A stretch of DNA of 64,000 nucleotides from Prasinococcaceae sp. CCMP 1430 (GCA_013416795.1 RQSC01000006.1:22541-86540); one strand, 5' to 3'; counted from the first letter of the stretch, positions 11,899-23,402 are shown. The notes: generated by a model not told the origin, from the sequence alone. Numbers and translations are program-made.

Positions 11899-12420
11899 CT
11901 ATACATGCGCGTAGCGGTTCTTGCCGCCGCGGAAGCTGCCTGCAACACCCAGCCCCACGTCAGTGCCGAGTTCGACCTCCAAATCTGCGTCCACTACACC
12001 CTGGGCGTCGGCGTTGCCATCCCAGCCCTGCTCGCCCAGCTCGAGGCCATTGTCGCGCGTGTCGAAGCCTGCATTGGCTGACGTGCCGCCCGAGCTCGAG
12101 CCGGATGAAGGTCGTGTATTGTCATGCACTTGCCGCGCGACAAAGATGGCGCTCGTGACCACTGCAAGCACCACCAGGAGCACTATCACCGCACCAATCC
12201 ACGGCACGCCCCCCATGAGGGGGGGAGGCGGCGCAGGCATCGGAGGTGGCGCGGAATTCGCTGGTGAGGGGGGTGGTACTGGTGGCACGGCTGGCTCTGG
12301 CGGAGGCGGGAGCGATACTACACCGGCGGCGAGCGCCAGCGCGTGTGGGCAGGGCGTTGGCGCGAGCACGGCGAGAGCGGCGGCCGCCGCCGCGGCGCGC
12401 GCGGCGGCGGCCCCGCGCAT
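11899..12420 (-). CDS. Putative type I membrane protein: signal peptide, Pro-rich ectodomain, one TM helix
   Basis: MRGAAAARAAAAAAALAVLAP signal-like start, PPPPEPAVPPVPPPSP repeats, hydrophobic WIGAVIVLLVVLAVVTSAIFVA followed by basic residues. Confidence 0.6.
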   Translation of the reverse strand: MRGAAAARAAAAAAALAVLAPTPCPHALALAAGVVSLPPPPEPAVPPVPPPSPANSAPPPMPAPPPPLMGGVPWIGAVIVLLVVLAVVTSAIFVARQVHDNTRPSSGSSSGGTSANAGFDTRDNGLELGEQGWDGNADAQGVVDADLEVELGTDVGLGVAGSFRGGKNRYAHV

Positions 12421-12545
12421 GGGGTTGACCGCGCGCAAGTCTGCTGCGTGTGGCGCAAGTGGTGTCCCTCGCGTATGCACACGCACGCACGGGGGGACGG
12501 CGCCGTACGCCCCCCAAGCCTGGACGTATCGAATTTTGCATGCGG

Positions 12546-12559
12546 ACCCTAACCCTAAC
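12546..12559. promoter_or_regulatory. Two tandem CCCTAA units (interstitial telomere / telo-box-like motif)
   Basis: ACCCTAACCCTAAC lies about 125 nt upstream of the ATG at 12420. A regulatory role is inferred from plant telo-boxes. Confidence 0.3.
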
Positions 12560-12707
12560 TGGGGAATTGCTGGCCCCGGGCGGCCAGCGCCCCATACTGT
12601 ACTTCATGGTTGTCCTTGCCGTACTTACTGTACACGCTACGAGCGCGCGCACGCAGCTGTGCCTTCGCGTCGCATGCGCCGCGCTCGCGTGCGCACAATG
12701 GCCGCGC

Positions 12708-13019
12708 TCAGCCCTTCCAGATGCAGGCGGCCGTCGTGCCCGCTGCATAGACGTAGAGCATGTTCTTGACCTCGTGCGTGACCTCGAACGCGAAGTTCTG
12801 TCCCACCACACAGTGCCACGGCGCGCCAAACTTCTTGTCCATCTGATCCTTGATAGACTTGGCGGCGAGCTCGTAGTTGTTGCCGTGTTTCTCGACGGCG
12901 CTGATGACGAACTCGACTGCCTCCACACGCATCTCCTCGATCATGTCGCTGTGCTTGACCAACGCGTACTTGGCCATCTTGAGGAAGGCCTCGCGATCAG
13001 CAGGAACGGTGTCCGCCAT
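12708..13019 (-). CDS. DNAL4: Axonemal dynein light chain 4 (LC8 family, DNAL4/LC10)
   Basis: LVKHSDMIEEMRVEAVE, KDQMDKKFGAPWHCVVG and FEVTHEVKNMLYVY match DNAL4. Confidence 0.9.
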   Translation of the reverse strand: MADTVPADREAFLKMAKYALVKHSDMIEEMRVEAVEFVISAVEKHGNNYELAAKSIKDQMDKKFGAPWHCVVGQNFAFEVTHEVKNMLYVYAAGTTAACIWKG

Positions 13020-13808
13020 GGTGGGCGGCGTCGGGACGTGTCAGGGATGGGATTTGTGCTACTCCCAGGCCTAAAAAGCTGAGCTCGCCGCTCGCACTCG
13101 CGTCCGACCCCGTGCGTGCACCGCCACGCCGCCGCGTGCCGCCGCTGCGCCAACCTCCGCCGCCGAGCAGCCGCGTGCGAGAGCGGGCGAGCGGGCGCAG
13201 GCGCGCCAGGCGAGCCCAGGGCGCGCCGCCTGCTCTGTCGCAGGGCGCCGCGCCGCACGCCTGCGCCGCAGCCGCGCTGTGGCACTGTCCAGCGCGGCGT
13301 CCCCTCTCCCTGGCGCGCCCAGTGCTTCTCCCCGTTCCGGCCCACGTGCGCACCCCGCATCCCCGCCCGGCCCACCTCCCCTCCCCGCTGGTCAGCGTGC
13401 CGCCAACGTGTATTCCGCCGAATCGTCCCTGCAGTTCGAATACATGCGTGCAAAACCAAAACCGCGGAGCCGCGCGTGAAATTGCCGCGATCCCCGGGGG
13501 AACCCGATTCGGAGCACAGCGGCCGGGGGGCCAGGGAACAGCGCCGGGCGGAAATGGCATGAGGGGAAAGGGGATAGGCCTTGCGCGGGGGAGGGGCGCA
13601 GCGCCGGCCGGCGCGCGTGCGCACTGGAAGGGCCTCTGGTGCCGGAGCGGGATGCACGCAGTGAGGTGTGGTGAGGCGGGCGGCGGGCCAAGGGCTGCCT
13701 CGCGGACAGCGTGGCTGAGCTCGTGTGGAGCTGAGGCGGCAGAGGTCGCGCAGGCGGCGGCCGCGCACCTCGGGCGTCGGAGGCGCACCGCGCGACGAAG
13801 GCGACGCC

Positions 13809-15097
13809 ATGGGCGACAGCCTGGCACAGCAGTACAAGGAATGCTGTGCCGAGCAGAGCGCGCGTGTGCTCGCTCCGATTTTGAGCGAGCTCGAGCGCGT
13901 GGACCGTAACGAGGTGCACGCCCTGCATGAGGTCAAGCTTGCGGGTAACACGCCGGAGATGTTCGACGAGCGCGCGGGCGCAGCCGAGGCTGCGGCAGTC
14001 GCGAGCCTGCTGTGCAAAAGAAAAGATGTTGAGCTCCTCGACCTGAGCTACAACAAGGTGGACGATGAAGGCGCGGAGTCGCTGAGTGTGATGCTACGCG
14101 AGAACTCATCGCTTAAGGAGCTCAACTTATGCGGCAACCAAATTGGGCCCGGTGGATGCGCGGCGCTGTGCGCCGCACTCAGCAGCGAGGGTGGTGGTGG
14201 CGGGGGCATCCTCTTCATGGACCTGAGTTGCAACCCACTGGAAGACGACGGTGGGCGTGCGGTGGCAGAGATGCTGGAGTGCAACGACACGCTGCAGCTG
14301 CTCAATCTCTCCGACACCGAGCTTAGCATGCGCGCGCTTGTGTCTATCGTCGCGGCGCTCGGCAGCCCCAAGGCCACACTCAAGAGCATTGCGCTGGAGA
14401 ATGCGCGCGTGCGCCGCCACGACGATGTGGCGCAGCACTTCGCTGCGGCGCTGGCGCGCAACACAACGCTGCTGCACCTACGCATGGGGAAGCTTTCAAT
14501 TGACGACAGCGGGCTCTCTACGCTGGTTGATTACGGCCTCGTGCGCAACGAGACGCTCACCGTGCTCGACCTGCGCTGCAACCGCCTCACAAGCGCATGC
14601 GCGCCCGCACTGGAGAGGCTGCTCACACACTGTCCTTCGCTCGAGGAGCTCTGCCTGTCGAACAACCGCCTGGGCGACGGCGGCGCGGCCGCAATCGCAG
14701 CAGGTCTGCACCACAACACCAACCTCTCCTGGCTCGAGCTCTGCAACAACAGTGAGTAGGCGCGTGAGTGCACATCATACGTAGCCTTAGTACCCTGTGC
14801 GCACGTGCGCCCGGTGTGTCGATACGACGCATGCCATCTGACTCTATGCCTATCATTGCCGTGTGCCCGTCTCTTTGTGCAGGCATCAACGACCGGGGAT
14901 TGTGTGAGCTGGCACTCTCGCTTGCCGAAGTTGAGACCAATGTGCAACACCTCGCCCTATGGGGAAACGCCTTCGGGCAGATGGCTGCGAGGGCATTTGC
15001 GGCGGTGCTCGTCGACCTGGACCTCCGCACAGACTTCATCGTTTACGCAGACGAGGACGGAACCACCGTCCACGTGGCGAGGGGCGAGCTCTGCTGA
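13809..15097 (+). CDS. LRRC34: RNI-like leucine-rich-repeat protein, LRRC34-like; exons 13809-14751 and 14883-15097
   Basis: About 9 RNI-type LRRs (LDLSYNKVDDEGA, LNLCGNQIGPGG...). C-terminal LALWGNAF...TDFIVY resembles LRRC34. The phase-1 GT-AG intron restores NNSINDRG. Confidence 0.75.
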
Positions 15098-15281
15098 GAC
15101 CGGAGCATGTGCGTTGCCTGTGCCGAATTCGCCGCTGGCAGGCGCTCCTCGACACGTGCAAACCCTGCAAATGCACCCACGCGGCTCGTTGTGGGAAAAG
15201 CTCCCGCACTGAGCGTGCTCGCATTGCACTGTAAAATACATTTTCTCTCACTGCTGTTACAGTACGCTGTGTGAACGCCAA

Positions 15282-16397
15282 TCACTCGAAGAAGGCATAG
15301 CCCATGTCGATTGAGCGCTCGAGGACGTCCTCGGCGGCCGGGAACGCCTCAACGTAGCGTGAACGCTTGCCCACCACCATGTCGCGGCGGTGCAGCGCAG
15401 CGCGAGCATTCCTCGCATCAGCGTTTGAGCGGAAGCGGACCAACGCGCTACCATTGCGCTTGCCGTTCACCAGCGGAATGTACACGTCGTCTGGTCGCGG
15501 TGGAGCGAAGCTCGCGTCCGCGTCGCCCCCGCTCGCCTCGTACGCGTCCGCAGCAGCCTCCGCCGCCCACTGGGCAATGGACGACCTATCAGCCTTGAAT
15601 GGCAGCCCACGCAGCGACAGCATTTCTCCTGTGAAGTCCCCCGTCACCCGCTGCATCCACGGCTGAAATGTGTGCCGCCACTCGTTCTGGAACTCTGAGG
15701 GTGCCGGTGGGACGGCCTCCGGGCCGACGAGCTCGGCGCGGAGCGCCTTGGACACGCGGCCACCCTTGGTTTTCTTCTCCTTCCCTCCGGCGGTCTCGAC
15801 GTATGATTTGTAGCGCTGGACGGGACACTTGGACGGCACGGGGCCGATGATGCGCACAGGGATCTCGCGGATGTCGGCAACCTCAGCCGCCGCCCACAGC
15901 CGCCAGCACAGCCGCGGGGCGACGTAGTAGTTGCCGCTCTGCGAGTCCTCCCACACCTCAATGGGCTCGCGGAAGCCGTAGCGTTGCAGCGAGTTCCGCT
16001 GCTTGGACATGCTCCTGCGGAAGTCGTCGTACTCCTCCATCGACTCGGGGCGCTCCATGGGCACCCACATGAGCATCTCTGGCGCGACCCATGTCGTCTT
16101 CTTGAGTGCCTTGGGAGCGATGCTGTGCTTGTTTCCGCGCTCGTCGACAACAGTCTTGCCCGTCGGGCGACTTGGCCGGCGCTTGGCGGCAGGAGCGGCG
16201 TAGCGACGCGCTTTCGCTTCCTCTCGCTCACTCCTCGCCGCGCCCGCCCGCCCCCCTGCCTCAGCACCTGGCGCGTCTGGTTGCGCAGCGGTGGAAACGC
16301 GCCGCGCCTGCCGCCTCGCAAGCCCGAACCCCCCGCCGCCTCTGACAGACGCGCGGTGCGCGTGCGCGCCGCGCGCTCCAGCCGCCGCGACTGCCAT
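15282..16397 (-). CDS. Putative organelle-targeted protein with a ParB/Srx-like domain and a C-terminal qRRM
   Basis: Ala/Arg-rich transit-peptide-like N-terminus. ParB-like NSLQRYGFREPIEVWE...NYYV...RLWAAAEVADIREIPVRII. qRRM-like LSLRGLPF...GSALVRF...RYVEAF. Intronless ORF. Confidence 0.7.
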   Translation of the reverse strand: MAVAAAGARGAHAHRASVRGGGGFGLARRQARRVSTAAQPDAPGAEAGGRAGAARSEREEAKARRYAAPAAKRRPSRPTGKTVVDERGNKHSIAPKALKKTTWVAPEMLMWVPMERPESMEEYDDFRRSMSKQRNSLQRYGFREPIEVWEDSQSGNYYVAPRLCWRLWAAAEVADIREIPVRIIGPVPSKCPVQRYKSYVETAGGKEKKTKGGRVSKALRAELVGPEAVPPAPSEFQNEWRHTFQPWMQRVTGDFTGEMLSLRGLPFKADRSSIAQWAAEAAADAYEASGGDADASFAPPRPDDVYIPLVNGKRNGSALVRFRSNADARNARAALHRRDMVVGKRSRYVEAFPAAEDVLERSIDMGYAFFE

Positions 16398-17472
16398 CCC
16401 GCGCCAATTCCCGCCCCGCTCCTTCTCCCTGCAGGCGCTCGCCTCTCCCGAGCCCCTCACGCACCATACCGTGCGCTCCTCGGTAGGGTGCGCGCATAGG
16501 CTCGCTCCCGCTGATCGCCGGAACCCGAAAACGCGCCCCGGCAGAAAACAAAACGCATACTGTAAAATGTCGAAATTACGATGGCTTTATCCGCCGTTTA
16601 TTCGCGGTAGAGTACGTCAAATTACATCGCTTTTGCGCCCTGGCCGACCGCGCGGCTCCGCATTCGGGCGATGGGACCGCCGCGGCGCGCGCGCGCGGCC
16701 CCCGGCGAAAATAAAACGGAAATCGCACGGATTTTGATTTTGATTTGTGTGTGGAAAAATAATCCGCGTGCGTCGCGCCCGGGAGTTCGGATCTTCCTTG
16801 GGGTCGCTTTTTTTTTGTGTGTGTGGCGACTTGCAGCGCGTGCGCGTGCTTTTTGGAGTCGTTGTCGGTTTCATCAGAAAAAAGATGCGCTCGGGCTTTT
16901 AGGAGCGGCCGTACATCGGTTCGCATGCGCCGCCGCAGCAAAGCGGCCAACGGCGGTTTGCGGCGCGCCACACCGCGGCTGCAGCTGCCGCCGCCGGGGC
17001 GGCGAGGGGCGCGGGCGGGCGGGGCGGTGCCGTGGGACGCCCGGCGTTGCACGTCCCACCTCCTGGGGCCACGCCCCTGCGCGCTGGCGCCGCGCGCTGT
17101 GTGCCGCGCCCCCTCGCGGCGCCGCGCCTTCCCCTCGCGCGCGAAATTCCTCCCGTCTGCCACTCGCACTCGTGCGCGCGTGCGTGCCGGGGGAAAAACG
17201 CCATGCATTCATTGCATCGGAGGCATGCAAGTTTGCCACGACCTGCGTGTTCTTCACTCCTCATTGCTCATCAGTCAGTGTTCGTTCGCGAGCCGCGTGA
17301 GAAGACGTCAGAATGCATGCGCAGGAGCGGCGCTGGCGGCGCCCCGTACGCGAAGAGGCGCGGCGCGGCGCGGTGCGCGCGCGCGAGGCGCGCGCGGCCG
17401 GGCGGGCCGGGCGGGGGCCTGGCGGAGGCGCTGCTGGGCGGCGGGCTGTCGGGAAACGAGTGACATGGGGGC

Positions 17473-18625
17473 CTATGTGCTGGGTCTTACGCCGCCGAGG
17501 ACGGAGGCCAGCGTGGGCCACAGACACGGCGTGCGCTTCTTGTACGCCTTGTACTCCGCGTCGTCGCCCCAGCGCTTCTTCGCCGAGGCCTCGAGCAGCG
17601 GCACACCCGAGACGCGCGTGAGCAGGAAGTGGATGAAGAAGGGGCACGCCGACGCCGCCACGGACGCGGGCAGCGGCAGAGCGGATGCCGCCGTGAGAAA
17701 GGCACCCCACCACAGGATGATTTCGCCAGCGTAGTTTGGATGCCTAGACCAAGCCCACAAGCCATGCGTGATGAACTTCTCCTTATTCTCGGGCACCCTG
17801 CGAAACGCCGACTTCTGCCCGTCGGCCACCGCCTCGACCAGCATGCCCGTAGCGTACAGAGCACCGCCGCCAATGGCGAGCACCTTAGCGAGCATACCGC
17901 GGGCCGCGAAGGTGCCCGCGAGCTCAGAGGCATCCGTGCTGTTCACCAGCAACATTGGCAGCGCGGTCACGAAAACCCACACAGCGCTGATAAGGAAGTA
18001 CAGCAGGAGCATCAGAGGCCTGTCTCGCACGCGGCGAAAGCGTCTGTCCTCCCCATCGCGACTTATGCGGCTCACGAGAAATGTTCCAAGGCGCAGCGTC
18101 CACAGCTGTGCGTCCGGTTTCCCGGTTCCAACGCACCACCGCGCGATAACACGGTGCTGTCAGCGAGGCTCTCGGCATCCGCATGCGGACGTCTTCTTTG
18201 AGCGCGCCCTTTTGCCGCGCTCATGCGTGCTCGCTGTGGCACGCGTGGGCGCGTCATCAACGTACCGTGACCATGGCTGTACTTATTAGCTGCAGTGGCG
18301 CCGCCTTTCCGATGCCCCCGGCCCCATTGAGGGACACCGCCGCGGAGCACAGAAAAGCCAGGCTGCCAACACCATCGTACAGGCGCTCCGTCTTCGCGAC
18401 AGCAGACACTGCCCAGCCCGCAAGGTGGACGAGCGCGTCAACGGCAAGCACGCCGACCATGCCTTGCCGCGCCATGTACGCACCGCGCCCCTGGATTGCG
18501 CTCAGTGCACACGCGGCTGGGCCCACTCCAGCTCCACGCGCGCGACGCACAGCACGCGCCCGTCCCCGCCCGGCGCCGCGCCCGCCTCCAGCGCCGCTGC
18601 CCGCTGAGCTGCGCGCTGAGCGCAT
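17473..18625 (-). CDS. DUF1295 / steroid 5-alpha-reductase-like membrane protein; exons about 18266-18625 and 17473-18105
   Basis: TERLYDGVGSLAF, LWTLRLGTFLVSRISRDGEDRRF, EAVADGQKSAF, GLWAWSRHPNYAGEIILWWG and SGVPLLE. The start may instead be the downstream MARQG ATG. Confidence 0.88.
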
Positions 18626-18921
18626 GCGCCGCCCGCCACCAGCGCCCCGCAGCGCCGCGCGCACCGGCACGCGTGGCTACAAGGCGCACAGGCGTGCGTG
18701 CGCGCCCCCAGGCCGNATGCGCGCGGGGCGTGCGGAGCGACTGCTGGGGGCAGCGGGCGGGGCCGCGCCGAGGGCCGGGCGGTCGGGTGTGGATTCGGCG
18801 GCGGGCTCGCTCGGGGCGAGCGGCGTGAGCGGCGGGGGCGCGCGGCTGGGGCGCGCGCGCGGGAGGGGTGGGGTGGGGGGGGCGCCGGACCGGCACGAGC
18901 GGGCAGCGTCTCCTGGCGGCC

Positions 18922-20340
18922 ATGGCGCTTGCTGCGCTCAGCGAGCGCAGGCTGGCAGCGACGTGCGCGAGCGGCGGGAGGGGCAAAGTGCGCAGGCAAG
19001 GCAAGGGGCGCGGTGGGCGCGGGAAGGGTCGCGGTGGCCGCGGCGGTGGGCGGAGCAAGGGCCGTGGTGGCGGCAGCGGCTTCAAGCCGTCGACCCCGCT
19101 TGAGCCGCTCAAGGCGTCGCGGCCGCCCAAGGGTGAGCTCAATGAGGACCTCAGCCTGGTGGAAGGATCGGAGTACACCAATGTCGTCCACATGGTCACA
19201 ACGCGCAGCGAGATCCTCGCGCCCGAGGAGATGGCTCGCCCGGCGTCTTGGTCAACCTTCGCCAATTCTGCTGCCGGTGTATGGGTGGGGTCAACAGCCG
19301 CGTTCAACCCGCAGACTGGCGAGTCCGAGGACTTGTACTCGCGCCAGCCCGAGGCGTTCACGATCACCATCGACCGCGTGGACCCAGTGCGCATGGGCTC
19401 CGGGGACGATGCGCCTGCACAGGAGGCCGTCGTGCGCCACGTGCTAAGGGAGATCGAGGGCCGCCCCAAGAAGGGCGCGCGGGGGAATGACGACGCCGAC
19501 GAGGAGCTCGACGAGGAGCCGGACGTGGAGAGCGAGGAGCTGAGTGATCTCATCCTCGACGAGGAGCCTGGGCTGATCTTCTTCGAGGACGGGAGCTACT
19601 CGCGCGGTCCGCTGGTGCTCGGAGCTGACACGGGGCGGCCTGATGACATCCCCGACGCGCCGGCATTCGAGACGACGCTCGTGAATCAGGGGCACACGCG
19701 CGTGCGCGTCGCATCCACGCTCGAGCTCAGCGCCGACCAGAACAGCGAGCCGCTCGCCGGCAGTGACGCCGACGGAGACGGCGCGCTGACCATGATCCGC
19801 ACGACCGTCGTTCTCGAGGAGTGGATGAAGCCCTCGAAAGATGGCCTCAGCGAGGATGACGAGGAGGCGCTTGAGAAGCTCGCTCCTGAGGAGGGGGCGC
19901 TGTCAGCGGGCGACTACCTCAACCCTGAGAATGTGTGTGGGACGTGGAAGGTTTTTACCCGCACGGCGACCGTGCTACCGGCGAGCAGTGACAGCCTGGA
20001 CCTCGTGGACCCCAGCGGCGCAGGCGGACCACCCAAGGTCGTGATCGCGTACTCCACGGAGGAGACCGAGGTGGAGCGCAAGCCCGAGCTCTCGAGCGAG
20101 GGCGACATCGCATTGTGGCTCACGAGCGGTGTGCACGTCACTTTGGACTTCGAGGGCAGCAACTTGTGCTACCGCGTCGGATGGACGGCGCTGGACGGCC
20201 AGCGGCTCGAGGTGACGCGCGTGTACGACGCCGACAGCTGTGAGCTCCTCGAGGTGCGGCACACGGACGAGATCAAGGGGAGCTGGGTCGGGGGGCGCAT
20301 GGAGTCCAACGAGTGGCTCATGAAGTCGCCGGGCAAGTAG
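18922..20340 (+). CDS. Conserved plant-type, probably plastid-targeted protein (DUF3598/beta-barrel-like, tentative)
   Basis: Long intronless ORF with an Arg/Gly-rich N-terminus. Motifs GVWVGSTAAFNP, EEPGLIFFEDGSYSRGP and RVYDADSCELLEVR. The CDS is well supported; the family call is from memory. Confidence 0.65.
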   Translation: MALAALSERRLAATCASGGRGKVRRQGKGRGGRGKGRGGRGGGRSKGRGGGSGFKPSTPLEPLKASRPPKGELNEDLSLVEGSEYTNVVHMVTTRSEILAPEEMARPASWSTFANSAAGVWVGSTAAFNPQTGESEDLYSRQPEAFTITIDRVDPVRMGSGDDAPAQEAVVRHVLREIEGRPKKGARGNDDADEELDEEPDVESEELSDLILDEEPGLIFFEDGSYSRGPLVLGADTGRPDDIPDAPAFETTLVNQGHTRVRVASTLELSADQNSEPLAGSDADGDGALTMIRTTVVLEEWMKPSKDGLSEDDEEALEKLAPEEGALSAGDYLNPENVCGTWKVFTRTATVLPASSDSLDLVDPSGAGGPPKVVIAYSTEETEVERKPELSSEGDIALWLTSGVHVTLDFEGSNLCYRVGWTALDGQRLEVTRVYDADSCELLEVRHTDEIKGSWVGGRMESNEWLMKSPGK

Positions 20341-20426
20341 ACGCCGCAGAGCGGTAGGACAGGAGTGCCGTGCTAATAATATTATCTGGTCAGCGCTTGC
20401 TTTCTGTCGTTGCCGCGTTGGCCCCT

Positions 20427-20849
20427 CTAGTACATGTAGATGCCCATGGCGACCGCCACGGCAAAGATGGATTCGTTCGAGAACGTCTCCGTGGCGTACG
20501 CGTCCGTCGACGCGTCCCAGAAGCAGCGGCAGCCCATTTTCACGCCCTCTCCGCGTTGCTCGCCAATCACCACCTGCACCACGAACTTGTATCTGTCCAG
20601 CTTGGGCTCCATTTCGCGAAGGCGCACCCTACACGCGGCGGAGCGTCAGCGTCAAAAGCGCGCACGGCCTACCAAGCGCCGCTGCGAGTGCGTGCGGGGG
20701 CGCACCAACACAGACACGGGCAGCCAGGAACAGCAACGCTGGCACGATCGCCAGTGCACGCTGTCACACACACGAGGGCGCGACGTGACGAGCGCATGCG
20801 CCCCAAGTCTGCCGACGTCGCACAGATCGCCGCACGCACACGCAAATGA

Positions 20850-20880
<31 letters not shown>

Positions 20881-21149
20881 GAGGGGGAGAGGGGGTGAGA
20901 GAGTTGGGGGAAAGGCGGGCGGGGGGGGGAGGGGAGGGAGACGTACTTGATCTCATCCGCAATCTCCCTGGTCCAAACAGACGTATCGTCTGCAGAGTAC
21001 TGCGCTCCTGTGAGCTTGGCAGCAAGCACCTCGCGCATGACCTCGCCCGCCTTGACCGGCCTGAACCTGCGCCCGTTCGCCGGCTCGACAGGGTGCGCGC
21101 CGGCCGTGCCCGCGGCGGGGACGGCCGCGGCGACCTCGGCGCCGGCCAT
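20427..21149 (-). CDS. TCTEX1D2: Tctex1-family dynein light chain (IFT dynein-2 TCTEX1D2-like); exons 20947-21149 and 20427-20628
   Basis: RFRPVKAGEVMREVL...IADEIK|VRL...RYKFVVQVVIGEQRGEGVKMGCRCFWDASTD. Confidence 0.9.
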
Positions 21150-21529
21150 CGCTCTCGGATGCAGGCGCGCTCGCCGAGCTGAAGCGCCGTCGTCGGCGGC
21201 GGCGGGGGTGTTGTCGGGGGAGGCGGGGTCGGAGGCGGCGGCGCGGCTGGCGCGTGCGACCACGCGGGCGGTGGTGACGCGGGCGAAGGGGGGAGGTGCG
21301 TGTACGCGTGCGCGCCTGCGCGCGTGCGCGTGCGTGCGCGTGCGCATACGCGTGCGTGCGCGTGCGCATACGCGTGCGTGCGCATGCGCACTCGGACGCA
21401 GACCTGCCTCGCTCCCGCCCGCGCATCCTCTGACGCGCTCGAGCACGCGCATGTGCTAATCGCGCGCTCGCACACGCGCACACACGCGCGCGTGCACGCG
21501 CGCATGCTTGGACTCACGCGCTCCCGCAG

Positions 21530-22076
21530 GCACGTGTCGGTGCTGTCCGTGGACGGCGAGGTGTACGCCATCGACTCCATCTGCTACCACGCGGGCGGGC
21601 CGCTCGCCGTGGGGGACATCGAGGACGTCAACGGGCACCCGTGCGTGCTCTGCCCGTGGCACCACTACAAGGTGCGTGTGCGCGCCTGGGGGAGCGGGGA
21701 AGGGTGTGTGTGCTTGTGTGTGTGTGTGTGTGTTGGTGTATGTGTGTGTGTGCACCGACGCCGCCAGTGCTGTGCGCTCATACCATACGCGTCGCGCACA
21801 CACACACACACACGCACACACACACGCATACGCGCGTGCCTGTACACACTTACTCACACACGCGCAAAACGAATGCCCACGCACGCCCGTCCGCAGGTGT
21901 CAGTCCGCACGGGCGAGAAGTGGTACCAGGCGGCCAAGTTCGTCGACGGCAAGCTGGTGCCCAGCGGCTGGGAGAGCGTCGGCGTGCGACAGCGCACGCA
22001 CGCCGCGCGCGTGGACGCGGACACCGGCGACGTGTGGGTGAGGCTGCGCCTCGAGGGGGAGGTGCAGAGCGACAAG
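21530..22076 (+). CDS. Rieske [2Fe-2S] domain protein (RFESD-like); internal exons 21530-21671 and 21897-22076; ends unresolved
   Basis: Rieske motifs CYHAGGPL and CPWHHYK. The second exon ends ...GEVQSDK and may read on to a stop at 22172. Confidence 0.85.
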
Positions 22077-22280
22077 GTCCGTTTTGGGGAGGAGGAGGCG
22101 CCGGCGTGCTTGTACGCACACCCTTCCTCCCTCTGCATCTACGCCGTTCTCTGTCTCCGCCTTCGCCTCTGACACCCGCGTGCTCGTGTGCATTCCCCAC
22201 ATCACACACACGCTCACGCGCGTACGCACACGTACACACACGCACGTACACCCATACACCATGCGCGCGCGCGCACGCAC

Positions 22281-22417
22281 GCGCTCTCGTCCAACGACAT
22301 CAAGGTACGCGCGCGCGTCTGCTTGCACACGCTCACGCACACACACTCACACACCGAGAACACACACACACACACACCGACACACACACACACACACACA
22401 TGCACACACACACACAC

Positions 22418-22448
<31 letters not shown>

Positions 22449-23402
22449 TCCGCTGACGCTTGCATTCGCGCACGCCCGCCGCCTTGGCGCCCACCAGAAC
22501 GGCATGGCCATCGAGGTGGACGGCCAGCCGTGCCAGGTGGTGGAGTTCCTGCACGTCAAGCCCGGCAAGGGCTCGGCCTTCGTGCGCACCAAGCTGCGCA
22601 ACTACGTCACCGGCACCTCGAAGGACCACACCTTCCGCGCGGGCGAGCCGCTCACCGCCGCGGACGTCGACCGCTCCGATCAGCAGTACTCGTACCCCGA
22701 GGTGAGAATGCGCGCGAGCGCGTATGCACACGCGCACGCGCACATACACACGCACGTGCACGCACACATGCGCATGCACACACACACACACGTGTACGCA
22801 CACACACATGTGTGTGTGTGCGTACACACGCGCACGTGCGCGCACTCGCACGCTGGGCGACTCACACACGGACGCACACACGCGCACACGCAAACGTGCA
22901 CACGCGCGCGCGCAGGGCGACACGTACGTCTTCATGAACATGGAAACCTTCGACGAGACGCGCCTCCCCACCGACTCGCTGGGCAGCGCCGTCGACTACC
23001 TCATCGAGGGGATGGACGTCTCGGTGCTCACGTGGAACGGCAAGGTCATCGGGGTGGACCTGCCCAACACGGTGCAGCTCGAGATCGCGGAGACCGAGCC
23101 GGGCGTCAAGGTGCGTTGGGTGGCGAGAGAAAAAGAGGCAGGAGTGGGCGTGTTTACGTGCGCATGCGTGCGCTGGCGAACTTAAGCACACCTACACGCA
23201 CGCGTGCTCAGGATCTGACGCATGCATCACACACACACACACACATCTAACACGCAAACAGGGCAACTCGGCGACGGGCGCCGAGAAGGACGCCACGCTG
23301 GTCACCGGCAAGCGGCTGCGCGTGCCGCTCTTCCTCAACGAGGGCGACGTCGTCGAGGTGGACACGCGCGACGGCAAGTACCTCAAGCGCATCAGCTCGT
23401 GA
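22281..23402 (+). CDS. efp: Plastid-type translation elongation factor P; exons about 22281-22304, 22498-22701, 22916-23110, 23262-23402; 5' end missing
   Basis: ALSSNDIK|NGMAIEVDG...EFLHVKPGKGSAFVRTKLRN...TFRAGE; YVFMNMETFDE; ETEPGVK|GNSATG; VPLFLNEGD. All introns are phase-0 GT-AG. Confidence 0.93.
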
